NCBI GenBank assembly: GCA_903927505.1
Contig: CAIYNF010000158.1
Location: 1 to 48,042 of the forward strand
DNA length: 48,042 nucleotides
Source of the DNA: an uncultured Bacteroidota bacterium
GTDB lineage: Bacteria > Bacteroidota > Bacteroidia > UKL13-3
Direction of reading: 5' to 3'
The position numbers were made by a program, and so were the translations under genes. This document shows, in pieces, positions 28,795 to 38,619 of the stretch. The notes under the pieces are model-generated. The model was not told where the DNA came from. It worked only from the letters and a program-made list of their open reading frames with translations, and ran no database searches. Numbering within the stretch: position 1 is the stretch's first letter; each line of letters begins with the position of its first letter.

Positions 28795-28954
28795 ACGTTT
28801 TATTGAGGTTTATTATTTTTACAAAAATGGAATAATTCTTACTATTTCTCAATAATAAGTCCAAATCTTACAAATCGGTACAAATGGCAGAACGGAATAA
28901 AAATAAGGACAAAAGTTTGACCAAATTTTATTTTTATTATCAAGGACTTAGCGC

Positions 28955-28962
28955 TAAATTTG
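28955..28962 (+). promoter_or_regulatory. -7 promoter box of ahcY
   Basis: TAAATTTG(CA), 27 nt before the ATG at 28990. Confidence 0.7.
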
Positions 28963-28989
28963 CACACTAAAAAAAATAAAAGTAATTAT

Positions 28990-30303
28990 ATGTCAGAAGC
29001 AACAACTGCCCTTCCTTACAAGGTAAAGGACATTACCCTAGCAGAATGGGGACGTAAAGAAATTCGTTTAGCTGAAGCAGAAATGCCAGGTCTTATGTCT
29101 ATTCGTAAAGAATATGGCCCAGATCAACCTTTAAAAGGTGCACGTATTGCTGGATGTTTACACATGACTATCCAAACTGCGGTATTAATTGAAACATTAA
29201 AACACTTAGGTGCTGAAGTAACCTGGAGTTCATGTAACATTTTCTCAACCCAAGACCATGCTGCTGCTGCTATTGCTGCTGCAGGTATTCCTGTTTATGC
29301 TTGGAAAGGCCAAAACGAAGAGGAATTTGATTGGTGTATTGAGCAAACTTTACGTGCATTTGAAGGTGGCAAGCCTTTGAATATGATTTTGGATGATGGT
29401 GGAGATTTAACCAATATGGTTTTTGACCGTTACCCAGAATTAACTGCTGAAATTAAAGGTTTATCTGAAGAGACTACAACTGGTGTTCACCGTTTGTACG
29501 AGCGCATGAAAAAAGGCACTTTAGTAATGCCTGCAATCAACGTAAACGATTCAGTTACTAAATCAAAATTTGACAACAAATACGGTTGTAAAGAATCATT
29601 GGTAGATGCTATCCGCAGAGCTACTGATATTATGATGGCTGGTAAAGTTGCTGTAGTTGCGGGTTATGGTGATGTTGGAAAAGGTTCTGCAGAATCTTTA
29701 CGTGGTGCTGGTGCACGCGTATTGGTTACTGAAATAGATCCAATTTGTGCATTACAAGCTGCAATGGACGGATTTGAAGTTGTGACAATGGAAGAAGCAT
29801 GTTCACGTGCTAACATTTTTGTTACAGCAACTGGTAACTTAAAAATCATTGGCGAGCGTCATTTCAAAGCAATGCGCGATAAATCTATCGTTTGTAATAT
29901 TGGTCACTTCGACAATGAAATTGACATGGCTTGGTTAAATGGCAATTATGGTTCAACCAAAAACACTTTAAAACCACAAGTTGATATTTACAATGTAGAT
30001 GGCAATGAAATTATCATTTTAGCTGAAGGCCGTTTAGTTAACTTAGGTTGCGCTATGGGCCATCCTAGTTTTGTAATGAGTAACTCATTCTCGAACCAAA
30101 CTTTGGCTCAAATTGAATTGTGGAACCACAGTGCTAACTATGAGAATAAAGTTTATGTTTTACCTAAGCATTTAGATGAAAAAGTAGCTTTCTTACACTT
30201 AGCTCATATTGGTGCAAACCTTACTATTTTGGATAAAGAACAAGCTGATTATATTGGCGTGAAAGTAGAAGGTCCTTTTAAAGCAGAAATGTACAGATAC
30301 TAA
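28990..30303 (+). CDS. ahcY: Adenosylhomocysteinase
   Basis: [41 protein letters not shown]. The ORF-track TTG start is part of the promoter box. Confidence 0.98.
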   Translation: MSEATTALPYKVKDITLAEWGRKEIRLAEAEMPGLMSIRKEYGPDQPLKGARIAGCLHMTIQTAVLIETLKHLGAEVTWSSCNIFSTQDHAAAAIAAAGIPVYAWKGQNEEEFDWCIEQTLRAFEGGKPLNMILDDGGDLTNMVFDRYPELTAEIKGLSEETTTGVHRLYERMKKGTLVMPAINVNDSVTKSKFDNKYGCKESLVDAIRRATDIMMAGKVAVVAGYGDVGKGSAESLRGAGARVLVTEIDPICALQAAMDGFEVVTMEEACSRANIFVTATGNLKIIGERHFKAMRDKSIVCNIGHFDNEIDMAWLNGNYGSTKNTLKPQVDIYNVDGNEIIILAEGRLVNLGCAMGHPSFVMSNSFSNQTLAQIELWNHSANYENKVYVLPKHLDEKVAFLHLAHIGANLTILDKEQADYIGVKVEGPFKAEMYRY

Positions 30304-30318
30304 TCTGTAAGAGATTCA

Positions 30319-30360
30319 ATAACAGAAAAGGCTAACCAAATGGTTAGCCTTTTCTGTTAT
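30319..30360. terminator. Bidirectional terminator
   Basis: 20-bp perfect inverted repeat ATAACAGAAAAGGCTAACCA-AA-TGGTTAGCCTTTTCTGTTAT between convergent genes. Confidence 0.88.
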
Positions 30361-30418
30361 AAGCTGATTTGCCAAAAAACCCATTAAAAAGGAGAATATT
30401 AGACAAAAAAGGGAAAAC

Positions 30419-30880
30419 TTATTTTGCTGCCTCACCTAACACATGATCCAAAACTTGCATAAAGCCTGCGGCATCCTTGTAACCGGCGTCAATTAAAAGG
30501 GATTTCCTTACGGGGTCGATAAAGTAAGTAGTTGGAAACCCTGTGCGCTCACCCCTGCAAAGTTGCTTATAAAAATCTCTAGCAGTAAACACCTGCCCAT
30601 CAATTGTATATGTTTTATCCAATTGTTCGGGATTAAATTTTATAACTACAAAATACTTGTTGAGCTTTTTAATTACCTCTGAATTTGAATAGGTATCGCG
30701 GTCCATTTTTTTACACCAACCACACCAATCTGTATAGGCATCTACCAAAATTAATTTCTTTTCTTTGGTTGCTTTGGGGTAACCTTCATTCCAATGATAC
30801 CATTTCAATTCCTCCTCTTTTGGCGAAATAAATGATAAAATAAACGTCAAACACAAGAAAATTGAGATTGTTTTTTTCAT
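30419..30880 (-). CDS. Exported thioredoxin-family protein
   Basis: Signal peptide from MKKTISI (30880); YTDWCGWCKKM and FPTT.F. Confidence 0.88.
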   Translation of the reverse strand: MKKTISIFLCLTFILSFISPKEEELKWYHWNEGYPKATKEKKLILVDAYTDWCGWCKKMDRDTYSNSEVIKKLNKYFVVIKFNPEQLDKTYTIDGQVFTARDFYKQLCRGERTGFPTTYFIDPVRKSLLIDAGYKDAAGFMQVLDHVLGEAAK

Positions 30881-31021
30881 ACCTATTGTAGATTCGATTT
30901 CCGAAATAAACCCTTTTCCTTGCATTCCTCAAAACCAAGGGCTTAATCAGTAAACAATTTTACGAAAAAAAAATAGCCTCTCAAAATCAATGATAATTAA
31001 GTAGCATCTGCACAAATTTCC

Positions 31022-31029
31022 TATTTTTG
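31022..31029 (+). promoter_or_regulatory. -7 promoter box of the E1 gene
   Basis: TATTTTTG(C), 17 nt before the ATG. Confidence 0.6.
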
Positions 31030-31046
31030 CCTATTACTCCGAACCT

Positions 31047-33068
31047 ATGTTAAGTTACAACAGGAAACAATACAGCAACGAACTACTACTTTCTCTTTAT
31101 GAAGCCTTGGTTAAGCCACGCATGATTGAAGAAAAAATGCTCATCCTATTACGTCAAGGAAAGGTGAGCAAATGGTTTAGTGGCATTGGACAAGAAGCCA
31201 TAAGCATTGGTTTGGTTAAAGCATTACACACCGACGAATACATCCTTCCCCTGCATAGAAATTTAGGCGTATTCACTGGAAGAAATATTCCCTTTGCAAA
31301 ACTATTTGCACAATGGCAAGGTAAATTCAGTGGCTTCTCAAAAGGCAGAGAGCGCTCTTTCCATTTTGGAACAAATGAATACCATATAGTTGGTATGATA
31401 TCGCACCTAGGCGCTATGCTTGGTGTGGCTGATGGAATTGCATTGGCAAGTTTATTGGCAGAAGAAAAAAAAGTAACTGTAGTTTTTAGTGGTGATGGCG
31501 GCGCAAGCGAAGGCGATTTTCACGAAGCACTTAATACCGCAGCTGTTTGGAGCCTGCCTGTTATTTTCTTAATTGAAAACAATGGTTATGGACTTTCAAC
31601 TCCAAGCGACCAACAATTTAAATTTAAAAGCTTTACCGATAAAGGTCTTGGCTATGGCATGGAAGCCTATAAAATTGATGGAAACAATATACTAGAAGTT
31701 TATGATACCATCAAAAACCTAAGTGAATCTATCCGAACCAAACCACGTCCTGTAATTTTGGAGTGCAATACCTTTCGCATGCGTGGACATGAAGAAGCTT
31801 CTGGAACCAAATATGTACCACAAGAATTATTTGAATTGTGGGGCAAAAAAGACCCTGTTAGCAATTATGAACATTACCTATTGGAAGAAGGAATTTTAAA
31901 TGACGAAATAATATCAAGTATCAAAACGAAAATCAAAAAAGAAATTGAGGAGGGTATTGAAACAGTAGAAAACGAAGCAGATATTATTCCAGATACAACC
32001 TTTGAATTGAACGATCTTTTCATGCCTAATTCAATTCCAGATGCAGTGCCAAGCTACCAAAACTTGCAACATGTGGTTATTAAACCTGCAAGTGAAAATA
32101 AAAGCAAAAAACGTTTTGTAGATGCCATTTCCGATGGTCTTCGTCAGGCTATGGAAAAACACCCGAACTTGGTTTTAATGGGCCAAGATATTGCCGATTA
32201 CGGCGGTGTATTTAAAATTACGCAAGGATTTTTAGCGCAATTTGGAAAAGGCCGTGTGCGAAATACACCTCTTTGCGAAAGCGCAATCCTTGGTGCAGGT
32301 TATGGTTTATCCATTAAAGGAATGAAGGCAATGGTAGAAATGCAATTTGCAGATTTTGTAAGTGTAGGCTTCAATCAAATTGTAAATAATTTTGCAAAAA
32401 GTTATTACCGTTGGGGACAAAATGCTGATGTAGTTGTGCGCATGCCAACAGGCGCTGGCGTTGGCGCTGGCCCATTTCACTCGCAAAGTAATGAAGCGTG
32501 GTTTTTTCATGTGCCAGGCTTGAAAATAGTATACCCTTCTACACCATCAGATGCAAAAGGCTTGCTCATTGCAGCTATTAACGACCCTAACCCTGTATTA
32601 TATTTTGAGCACAAAGTTTTGTATCGTTTGGTTGAACTAGAGGAAGAAGTGTTCGACGATTATTACATGCTTGATTTATGTAAAGCACGTAAAGTAAAAG
32701 ATGGCAATGAAGTAACTATTATTACCTATGGCTATGGCGTTCATTGGGCAAGTGCCTACGTAAAAGAAATGAACATTGATGCAGACATCATTGACCTACG
32801 TTGCTTGCTGCCATGGGACAAACAAGCTGTGGAAGAAAGTGTAAAGAAAACTGGAAAAGCAATTGTATTGCATGAAGATACATTAACAGGTGGCATAGGT
32901 GCAGAAATTGCAGCCCATATTTCTGAACATTGTTTTAGTTATTTAGATGCGCCTGTTAAACGTGTTGGAAGTTTAGATTCACCCGTTCCATTTAACATGG
33001 ATTTAGAGCAAAACTATTTGCCAAAAGAACGTTTTAAAACCGCCTTACAAGAACTACTCAACTATTAA
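31047..33068 (+). CDS. Fused 2-oxoacid dehydrogenase E1 alpha/beta (branched-chain type likely)
   Basis: GQEA, GDG..SEG...ENN TPP motif, FRMRGH, NTPL.E, EMQF.DF, GPFHSQ. Substrate cannot be determined from the sequence. Confidence 0.92.
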   Translation: MLSYNRKQYSNELLLSLYEALVKPRMIEEKMLILLRQGKVSKWFSGIGQEAISIGLVKALHTDEYILPLHRNLGVFTGRNIPFAKLFAQWQGKFSGFSKGRERSFHFGTNEYHIVGMISHLGAMLGVADGIALASLLAEEKKVTVVFSGDGGASEGDFHEALNTAAVWSLPVIFLIENNGYGLSTPSDQQFKFKSFTDKGLGYGMEAYKIDGNNILEVYDTIKNLSESIRTKPRPVILECNTFRMRGHEEASGTKYVPQELFELWGKKDPVSNYEHYLLEEGILNDEIISSIKTKIKKEIEEGIETVENEADIIPDTTFELNDLFMPNSIPDAVPSYQNLQHVVIKPASENKSKKRFVDAISDGLRQAMEKHPNLVLMGQDIADYGGVFKITQGFLAQFGKGRVRNTPLCESAILGAGYGLSIKGMKAMVEMQFADFVSVGFNQIVNNFAKSYYRWGQNADVVVRMPTGAGVGAGPFHSQSNEAWFFHVPGLKIVYPSTPSDAKGLLIAAINDPNPVLYFEHKVLYRLVELEEEVFDDYYMLDLCKARKVKDGNEVTIITYGYGVHWASAYVKEMNIDADIIDLRCLLPWDKQAVEESVKKTGKAIVLHEDTLTGGIGAEIAAHISEHCFSYLDAPVKRVGSLDSPVPFNMDLEQNYLPKERFKTALQELLNY

Positions 33069-33946
33069 CGCGTAATAAATTTCTCAATTACTTCTGAGTA
33101 ATTTTGAAAACCAAAAACAGCTGGAATTTGTCCGTGGTCCGATCCTGCAATGCGATGCGCTTCTTTGTATAAACCTCCGTGGTTTTTATAAACCACTTCG
33201 CCATGTGTATTTATGTTTAAGAAATTATCATTTAAACCATGGATCCAACAAAGATCTTGACTCACCAATTTAATTTCTTCGGCATTGTCTATTTTCAAAT
33301 TGCTAATATAAGAACCAGGAACATTTAGTCCTGCGCCATCTGCAACCATTATAGCTTCACTTGCAAATGGAGCTTCCAAAATTAATTTATGTGGCGTTAA
33401 ACTTCTTGGATGTGCTGATAGTTTACAAACCGGAGCTGTTCCCATGCTAAATCCATACATAGTTAAACGTTGCGAATTTAATCCATTTGTTTTTAACCAA
33501 GATAAAGCAGCATCCACATCTTCATACAAGCCTTCTTCACTTGGCACACCTTCAGATAAACCATAACCACGGTAATCTATCATTAACACACCATAACGGT
33601 GCTTATAACCTGTATTGGCAAGTAATTTGGCACGTTGCCAATAAAAATCCATATGCCATTTATTGCCGTGGCAATACATAATTACCGTATCAGTGCTAAT
33701 CTTATTTATATCACCAATGTATATGGCATAAATTTTATTCCCTTTAGAATCCAAAGTGAAAACATGTTGCATGCTGTCTGCAATTTTATAAGAAGCATCC
33801 AATACAAAATCTTTTTCTCCTTTATATTGATCCCATTTGTATTCCGTAATTTTTTCATCCAAGTTGTAAAAATTACTATCCAACCTTAAACAGCTTGCAA
33901 AAGAAAAAAGGATAAATACTAAGCTAATTTTTATTTGCATTTTCAT
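33065..33946 (-). CDS. Alpha/beta hydrolase lipoprotein
   Basis: Start at 33946 gives TAATG coupling and lipobox FASC; HGN, DYRGYG.S.G, GFSMG, HG..D and late His motifs. Confidence 0.88.
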   Translation of the reverse strand: MKMQIKISLVFILFSFASCLRLDSNFYNLDEKITEYKWDQYKGEKDFVLDASYKIADSMQHVFTLDSKGNKIYAIYIGDINKISTDTVIMYCHGNKWHMDFYWQRAKLLANTGYKHRYGVLMIDYRGYGLSEGVPSEEGLYEDVDAALSWLKTNGLNSQRLTMYGFSMGTAPVCKLSAHPRSLTPHKLILEAPFASEAIMVADGAGLNVPGSYISNLKIDNAEEIKLVSQDLCWIHGLNDNFLNINTHGEVVYKNHGGLYKEAHRIAGSDHGQIPAVFGFQNYSEVIEKFITR

Positions 33947-34602
33947 TAGAACCTCCTCATTATTTGAAAATAAACACCAATAGCCCCTTGATGATGAGGC
34001 CCCATATAATCTGGCACATTCGGCTGATTTGAAACTCCTGGCGCTACCCATTTAGATTCAATTCCGTATGTCCACTTATTGGGTGCATATTGAAAACCAA
34101 GCTGCGGATTCATAAACCAATTTTTATTTTGGCCCTCGCCATGTGCACGCGTATTGCTTGGTTCGAACCAATTAGAAACACCAAAATATAAAAATGATTT
34201 TGAACCAATATTCTTATACATATTTACATCCAATTGTGGCCAAATTTTGGCTTTCCATTCCCACTTATCAATGGCAAAATTAATGGCAGGGTTTGCACTC
34301 ATTCCCAATTTAAATTTTGGAGAATAAAACACATTGGTACATAAACCTATATCTGTCTGAAAAACGCCAAATGCAAAAGCTGTTAAATGCAAAGATCCAA
34401 ATGCAGTTGTTTTTGAGGACATACCCTTAGCATAAAAAGCACTGGTATATGGAATAGGAATTGGCAGGCCTCCAAAGTTAATTAAGGGCCCTCCCAAATT
34501 TGCACCAATGGCTTGCTCACCCTTTGCCAATGGCTTTACAATCCTACTTGGAGAACAGGAAACCAAAACAAGCAAAAGGAAAATGACGCTAATTTTTTGC
34601 AT
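33946..34602 (-). CDS. Hypothetical lipoprotein, possible small outer-membrane beta-barrel
   Basis: Lipobox LVSC after MQKIS; alternating Gly/aromatic strands; C-terminal Phe. Confidence 0.65.
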   Translation of the reverse strand: MQKISVIFLLLVLVSCSPSRIVKPLAKGEQAIGANLGGPLINFGGLPIPIPYTSAFYAKGMSSKTTAFGSLHLTAFAFGVFQTDIGLCTNVFYSPKFKLGMSANPAINFAIDKWEWKAKIWPQLDVNMYKNIGSKSFLYFGVSNWFEPSNTRAHGEGQNKNWFMNPQLGFQYAPNKWTYGIESKWVAPGVSNQPNVPDYMGPHHQGAIGVYFQIMRRF

Positions 34603-34689
34603 AACATTTAGAACATAAATTAACTGCAAGATATTAATTTTAAAGTCATAATTAAGAGCGTGGTAATAGTTCCTTCCATTAATTTGCAG

Positions 34690-34697
34690 TAAATTTG
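34690..34697 (+). promoter_or_regulatory. -7 promoter box of the DUF1456 gene
   Basis: TAAATTTG 16 nt before the ATG. Confidence 0.55.
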
Positions 34698-34713
34698 AAT
34701 TTTAAGCGCCAAT

Positions 34714-35181
34714 ATGCATAACAACGATATCCTACGCCAACTTCGCTACACATTCAATTTTAATGATACCAAAATGATGGACCTCTTTAAGGAAGGAGGA
34801 CAAGAAGCCACGCGCGCCGAAATTAGTGATTGGCTTAAAAGGGAGGAGGACCCAGATTTTAAGGCATTGTACGACCCTCAATTGGCTGTTTTCTTAAATG
34901 GTTTTATCACACTAATGCGGGGCAAAAAAGAAGGTGAACAACCCAAAGCTGAAAAAAAACTCAATAACAATATCATTTTTAGAAAGCTAAAAATTGCACT
35001 TAACCTTAAAGATGAAGACATCCTTGCCATCTTGGCTTTGGTTGATTTTCAATTTGGAAAACATGAATTGAGCGCCTTCTTTAGAAAACCAGATCAAGAC
35101 CAATATAGACCTTGTAAAGACCAAATCATTAGAAACTTTTTACATGGCCTTCAAATAAAATACGCAGAAAAATATCGTTAA
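34714..35181 (+). CDS. DUF1456 (YehS) family protein
   Basis: M.NNDILR..RY, FLNG.I...RG, NN.I.RKLKIA, C.DQ..RNFL.GL; internal two-fold repeat. Confidence 0.9.
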   Translation: MHNNDILRQLRYTFNFNDTKMMDLFKEGGQEATRAEISDWLKREEDPDFKALYDPQLAVFLNGFITLMRGKKEGEQPKAEKKLNNNIIFRKLKIALNLKDEDILAILALVDFQFGKHELSAFFRKPDQDQYRPCKDQIIRNFLHGLQIKYAEKYR

Positions 35182-35229
35182 AAAAAATAGTTACTCAAAA
35201 CATTTTTCAAAATTAGCGGTTTATTCTAT

Positions 35230-36561
35230 ATGCAAAAAAACATTGCAATATTTTGGTTTCGCCGCGATTTAAGACTTGCAGATAACGCAGGACTTTACCA
35301 AGCGCTTCGCAGTGGGCTTGAGGTGCTGCCACTATTTATTTTCGATCAAAACATCTTAGACAAACTCGATAATAAAAAAGACCTTAGGGTTAATTTTATA
35401 CATCAAGAAATTAAACAACTCAAAGAAGAATTAGTAGGAATTGGATCGAACCTTTTGGTGAAATATGGCACACCAGAAACGGTTTTTAATGAATTGCTTT
35501 CTCAAGAAGAAATCAACGCTGTTTATTGCAACCACGATTACGAACCAAATGCCATTACAAGAGACCAAAAAATTGCTGCCTTGTGCGAAAACAACAAGGT
35601 GCAATTTTATTCCGCTAAGGACCAATGCATCTTTGAAAAGCATGAAATAACTAAGGACGACGGCAGCCCCTACACAGTTTTCACCCCCTACTCTAAAAAA
35701 TGGAAAGCTAAATTAAATAGCCAAATCAACGGCAATGAATTTTACTTTTTCAAAGCCTTTCCCACAGAAAAATACTTTCAAAATTTTATCAAAGAGTTTC
35801 GGTTCGAACCGACCCCAACTTTAAATGAAATGGGCTTTGAAAAAATTGCATTTAATTTCCCTCAAAAAGAAGTTGCTAGCAGTCTAATAAAAAACTACGC
35901 AAACAACAGAAACTTTCCTGCCATTGAAGGCACTTCGCACCTTGGCATTCATTTTAGGTTTGGAACCATAAGTATTAGAGAAAAAGCCCGAAAAGCAATT
36001 CAACTCAATGAAACATTTTTAAATGAATTAATTTGGAGAGATTTCTACATGCAAATTCTGTTTCATTTTCCGCATGTAGTAAATGGTGCATTCCGACCAA
36101 TTTACGACAGAATAGAATGGCGCAACAATGAGATTGAGTTTGAAAAATTTTGTACTGGTCAAACAGGCTACCCTATTGTGGATGCAGGCATCAGAGAACT
36201 AAACGCAACTGGATTTATGCACAACCGTGTACGTATGATTGTGGCAAGTTTTTTAACAAAACACCTATTAATTGATTGGCGTTGGGGAGAAGCCTACTTT
36301 GCAGAAAAACTATTAGACTTTGATCTTAGTGCAAACAACGGAGGATGGCAATGGGCAGCAGGTTGCGGAACAGATGCAGCACCTTATTTCAGGGTATTTA
36401 GTCCAAAACTACAAACAGAAAAATTCGATAAAAACCTGGTTTATATAAAAAAATGGGTGCCAGAACTTTTATCTCCCAATTATCCAAAACCAATTGTCGA
36501 CCATGATTTTGCGAGGAAACGCTGCTTGGAGGTTTATAAAAAAGGCCTACAAACGCAGTAA
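35230..36561 (+). CDS. phrB: Class I CPD photolyase / cryptochrome family protein
   Basis: WFRRDLRL.DN, WRDFY, TGYPIVDA, GFMHNRVRM, NNGGWQW. Confidence 0.92.
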   Translation: MQKNIAIFWFRRDLRLADNAGLYQALRSGLEVLPLFIFDQNILDKLDNKKDLRVNFIHQEIKQLKEELVGIGSNLLVKYGTPETVFNELLSQEEINAVYCNHDYEPNAITRDQKIAALCENNKVQFYSAKDQCIFEKHEITKDDGSPYTVFTPYSKKWKAKLNSQINGNEFYFFKAFPTEKYFQNFIKEFRFEPTPTLNEMGFEKIAFNFPQKEVASSLIKNYANNRNFPAIEGTSHLGIHFRFGTISIREKARKAIQLNETFLNELIWRDFYMQILFHFPHVVNGAFRPIYDRIEWRNNEIEFEKFCTGQTGYPIVDAGIRELNATGFMHNRVRMIVASFLTKHLLIDWRWGEAYFAEKLLDFDLSANNGGWQWAAGCGTDAAPYFRVFSPKLQTEKFDKNLVYIKKWVPELLSPNYPKPIVDHDFARKRCLEVYKKGLQTQ

Positions 36562-36723
36562 TTCAATCCTATTTCCAATAAAAATCAATTCAATTAGGCT
36601 AAATTATTTGCTTTTTTAATTGATTATTCCTTACTATTGTATTCTCAATCAACTCCCCCCAAGGATTTATCGGTGTCTTTTCGAAACCAAATTCCGGTTG
36701 ATTGGTTCATTTAAAAAATTTAC

Positions 36724-38439
36724 ATGCACGATTCTACTTCCTTATCAAACATGCTCGTTCCAGAGCTGAAAGAAATTGCTAAAAATCAAGGCATCAATGC
36801 CAGTGGATTAGACAAACAAGGCTTAATTGCAGCTATCATTCAAAACAAAGGCGGAGATTCTGCCAATGATGAAAATGCAGCCGCTCCAAAAAGAAGAGGC
36901 CGTCCAAAGGTTACTAAAGCCGCTGAAGCTGACGTAAAAATAGTAGTTGAAGAAACACCTGTTGCGCCTGTGGCACCCCTTGTTTCAATCCCTCAAAATA
37001 ACGAAGCACCTAGCAATTTAGAAAATACAAATACACCTCCTGCCACAAACGTAAATACCTACGAAAACCGTCAACAAAATCGTCAGCCAGAAAGAAAAGA
37101 CAACAAATGGCGCAACGATAGAAACGACCGTGGTCCAGAACGTAACGATAGAAATCCGAACCAACAAAGACAACCGCGTCCGGAAAACGGAAACAACCCC
37201 AACAACCATAATAATCCCAACAACGCAGGGAACAATTATAACAACGGAGCTAACAACCCAAACAATGGAGGCAACAACCAAGTTGAAAGAGTTGAACGCG
37301 TTGAAAAAATTGCCTACCAAGAATTAGAGGCTTTGGTAACATCTGAAGGCGTATTAGAAATGATGGTCGATGGCTATGGCTTCTTGCGTTCATCAGATTA
37401 TAATTACATGCCTTCTCCAGATGATATTTATGTATCTCCTTCACAAATCAAATTGTTTGGTTTAAAAACAGGTGATACCGTGCAAGGGACAATTAGACCT
37501 CCGAAAGAAGGTGAAAAATATTTTGCTTTGGTTAAGGTTGAATCTATTAATGGCAGAATACCTTCAGAGGTGCGCGATAGGGTTGCTTTTGAACATTTAA
37601 CACCATTATTCCCCGATGAAAAATTAAGATTGGCAGACAACTCTTCAACATACTCCACGCGTATAATAGATTTATTGGCACCAATTGGAAAAGGCCAACG
37701 TGGTTTAATTGTGGCACAACCTAAAACAGGTAAAACCATTTTATTAAAAGAAATTGCCAACGCTATTGCTAAAAATCACCCTGAGGTTTATTTGTTAATT
37801 TTATTAATTGATGAACGTCCGGAAGAGGTAACAGATATGCAACGCAGCGTGCGCGCTGAAGTTGTTGCCTCTACCTTTGACGAACCAGCAGAAAAGCATG
37901 TGAAGCTTGCAAATATTGTTTTAGAAAAAGCAAAACGTTTGGTAGAATGTGGACATGATGTAGTGATTCTTTTAGATTCTATTACACGTATGGCACGTGC
38001 CTTTAATACCGCACAACCAGCATCTGGTAAAATATTATCGGGTGGTGTGGATGCAAATGCTTTACATAAACCAAAACGCTTTTTTGGTGCCGCTCGTAAA
38101 ATTGAAGATGGTGGCTCATTAACCATTATTGCAACGGCACTAACTGAAACAGGCTCTAAAATGGACGAGGTGATTTTTGAAGAGTTTAAAGGTACTGGTA
38201 ACATGGAACTTCAACTTGATAGAAAATTGGCCAACAAACGCGTATTCCCTGCCATTGATATTGTTTCATCAAGTACACGTAGAGATGATTTGTTATTAGA
38301 AAAATCAACCTTACAACGTATTTGGGTATTGCGTAACCATTTGGCAGATATGAACCCAGATGAGGCTATGGATGTAATGTTGAAAAACATGCGTTCAACC
38401 AAAAACAACGAAGAATTCTTGGCATCCATGAATGGGTAA
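36724..38439 (+). CDS. rho: Transcription termination factor Rho with long disordered N-terminal insertion
   Basis: [17 protein letters not shown]-loop [32 protein letters not shown]. Confidence 0.98.
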   Translation: MHDSTSLSNMLVPELKEIAKNQGINASGLDKQGLIAAIIQNKGGDSANDENAAAPKRRGRPKVTKAAEADVKIVVEETPVAPVAPLVSIPQNNEAPSNLENTNTPPATNVNTYENRQQNRQPERKDNKWRNDRNDRGPERNDRNPNQQRQPRPENGNNPNNHNNPNNAGNNYNNGANNPNNGGNNQVERVERVEKIAYQELEALVTSEGVLEMMVDGYGFLRSSDYNYMPSPDDIYVSPSQIKLFGLKTGDTVQGTIRPPKEGEKYFALVKVESINGRIPSEVRDRVAFEHLTPLFPDEKLRLADNSSTYSTRIIDLLAPIGKGQRGLIVAQPKTGKTILLKEIANAIAKNHPEVYLLILLIDERPEEVTDMQRSVRAEVVASTFDEPAEKHVKLANIVLEKAKRLVECGHDVVILLDSITRMARAFNTAQPASGKILSGGVDANALHKPKRFFGAARKIEDGGSLTIIATALTETGSKMDEVIFEEFKGTGNMELQLDRKLANKRVFPAIDIVSSSTRRDDLLLEKSTLQRIWVLRNHLADMNPDEAMDVMLKNMRSTKNNEEFLASMNG

Positions 38440-38533
38440 GGACAATTCGCTCGTAGGGACAGGTCGCGACCTGTCCGTACCGCGACCTGTCCGTACCGCG
38501 ACCTGTCCCTACCTTATTGCGACCTGTCCCTAC
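38436..38533. repeat. GTAG-family REP-like palindromic repeat cluster (second copy)
   Basis: GTAGGGACAGGTCGCGACCTGTCCGTAC (38453-38480); 16-nt CGCGACCTGTCC(G/C)TAC three times in tandem (38465-38512); another half at 38519-38533; degenerate GTAAGGACA at 38436. Confidence 0.88.
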
Positions 38534-38619
38534 GGCGATAAAAAAAATCCTTTAATTATTTCATTGAAAGATGTATTATGCGGTATAAAATCCATCCATA
38601 CACCTTTTAAAATAATTTT

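Noticed and set aside
28795-28989. SAH or SAM riboswitch upstream of ahcY
   Set aside because: The -7 box is only 27 nt before the ATG and the leader is unstructured and A-rich.
28286-38533. Repeat clusters at 28286-28367 and 38436-38533 as CRISPR arrays
   Set aside because: Units are 16-18 nt with no unique spacers and there are no cas genes; they fit REP-like palindromes.
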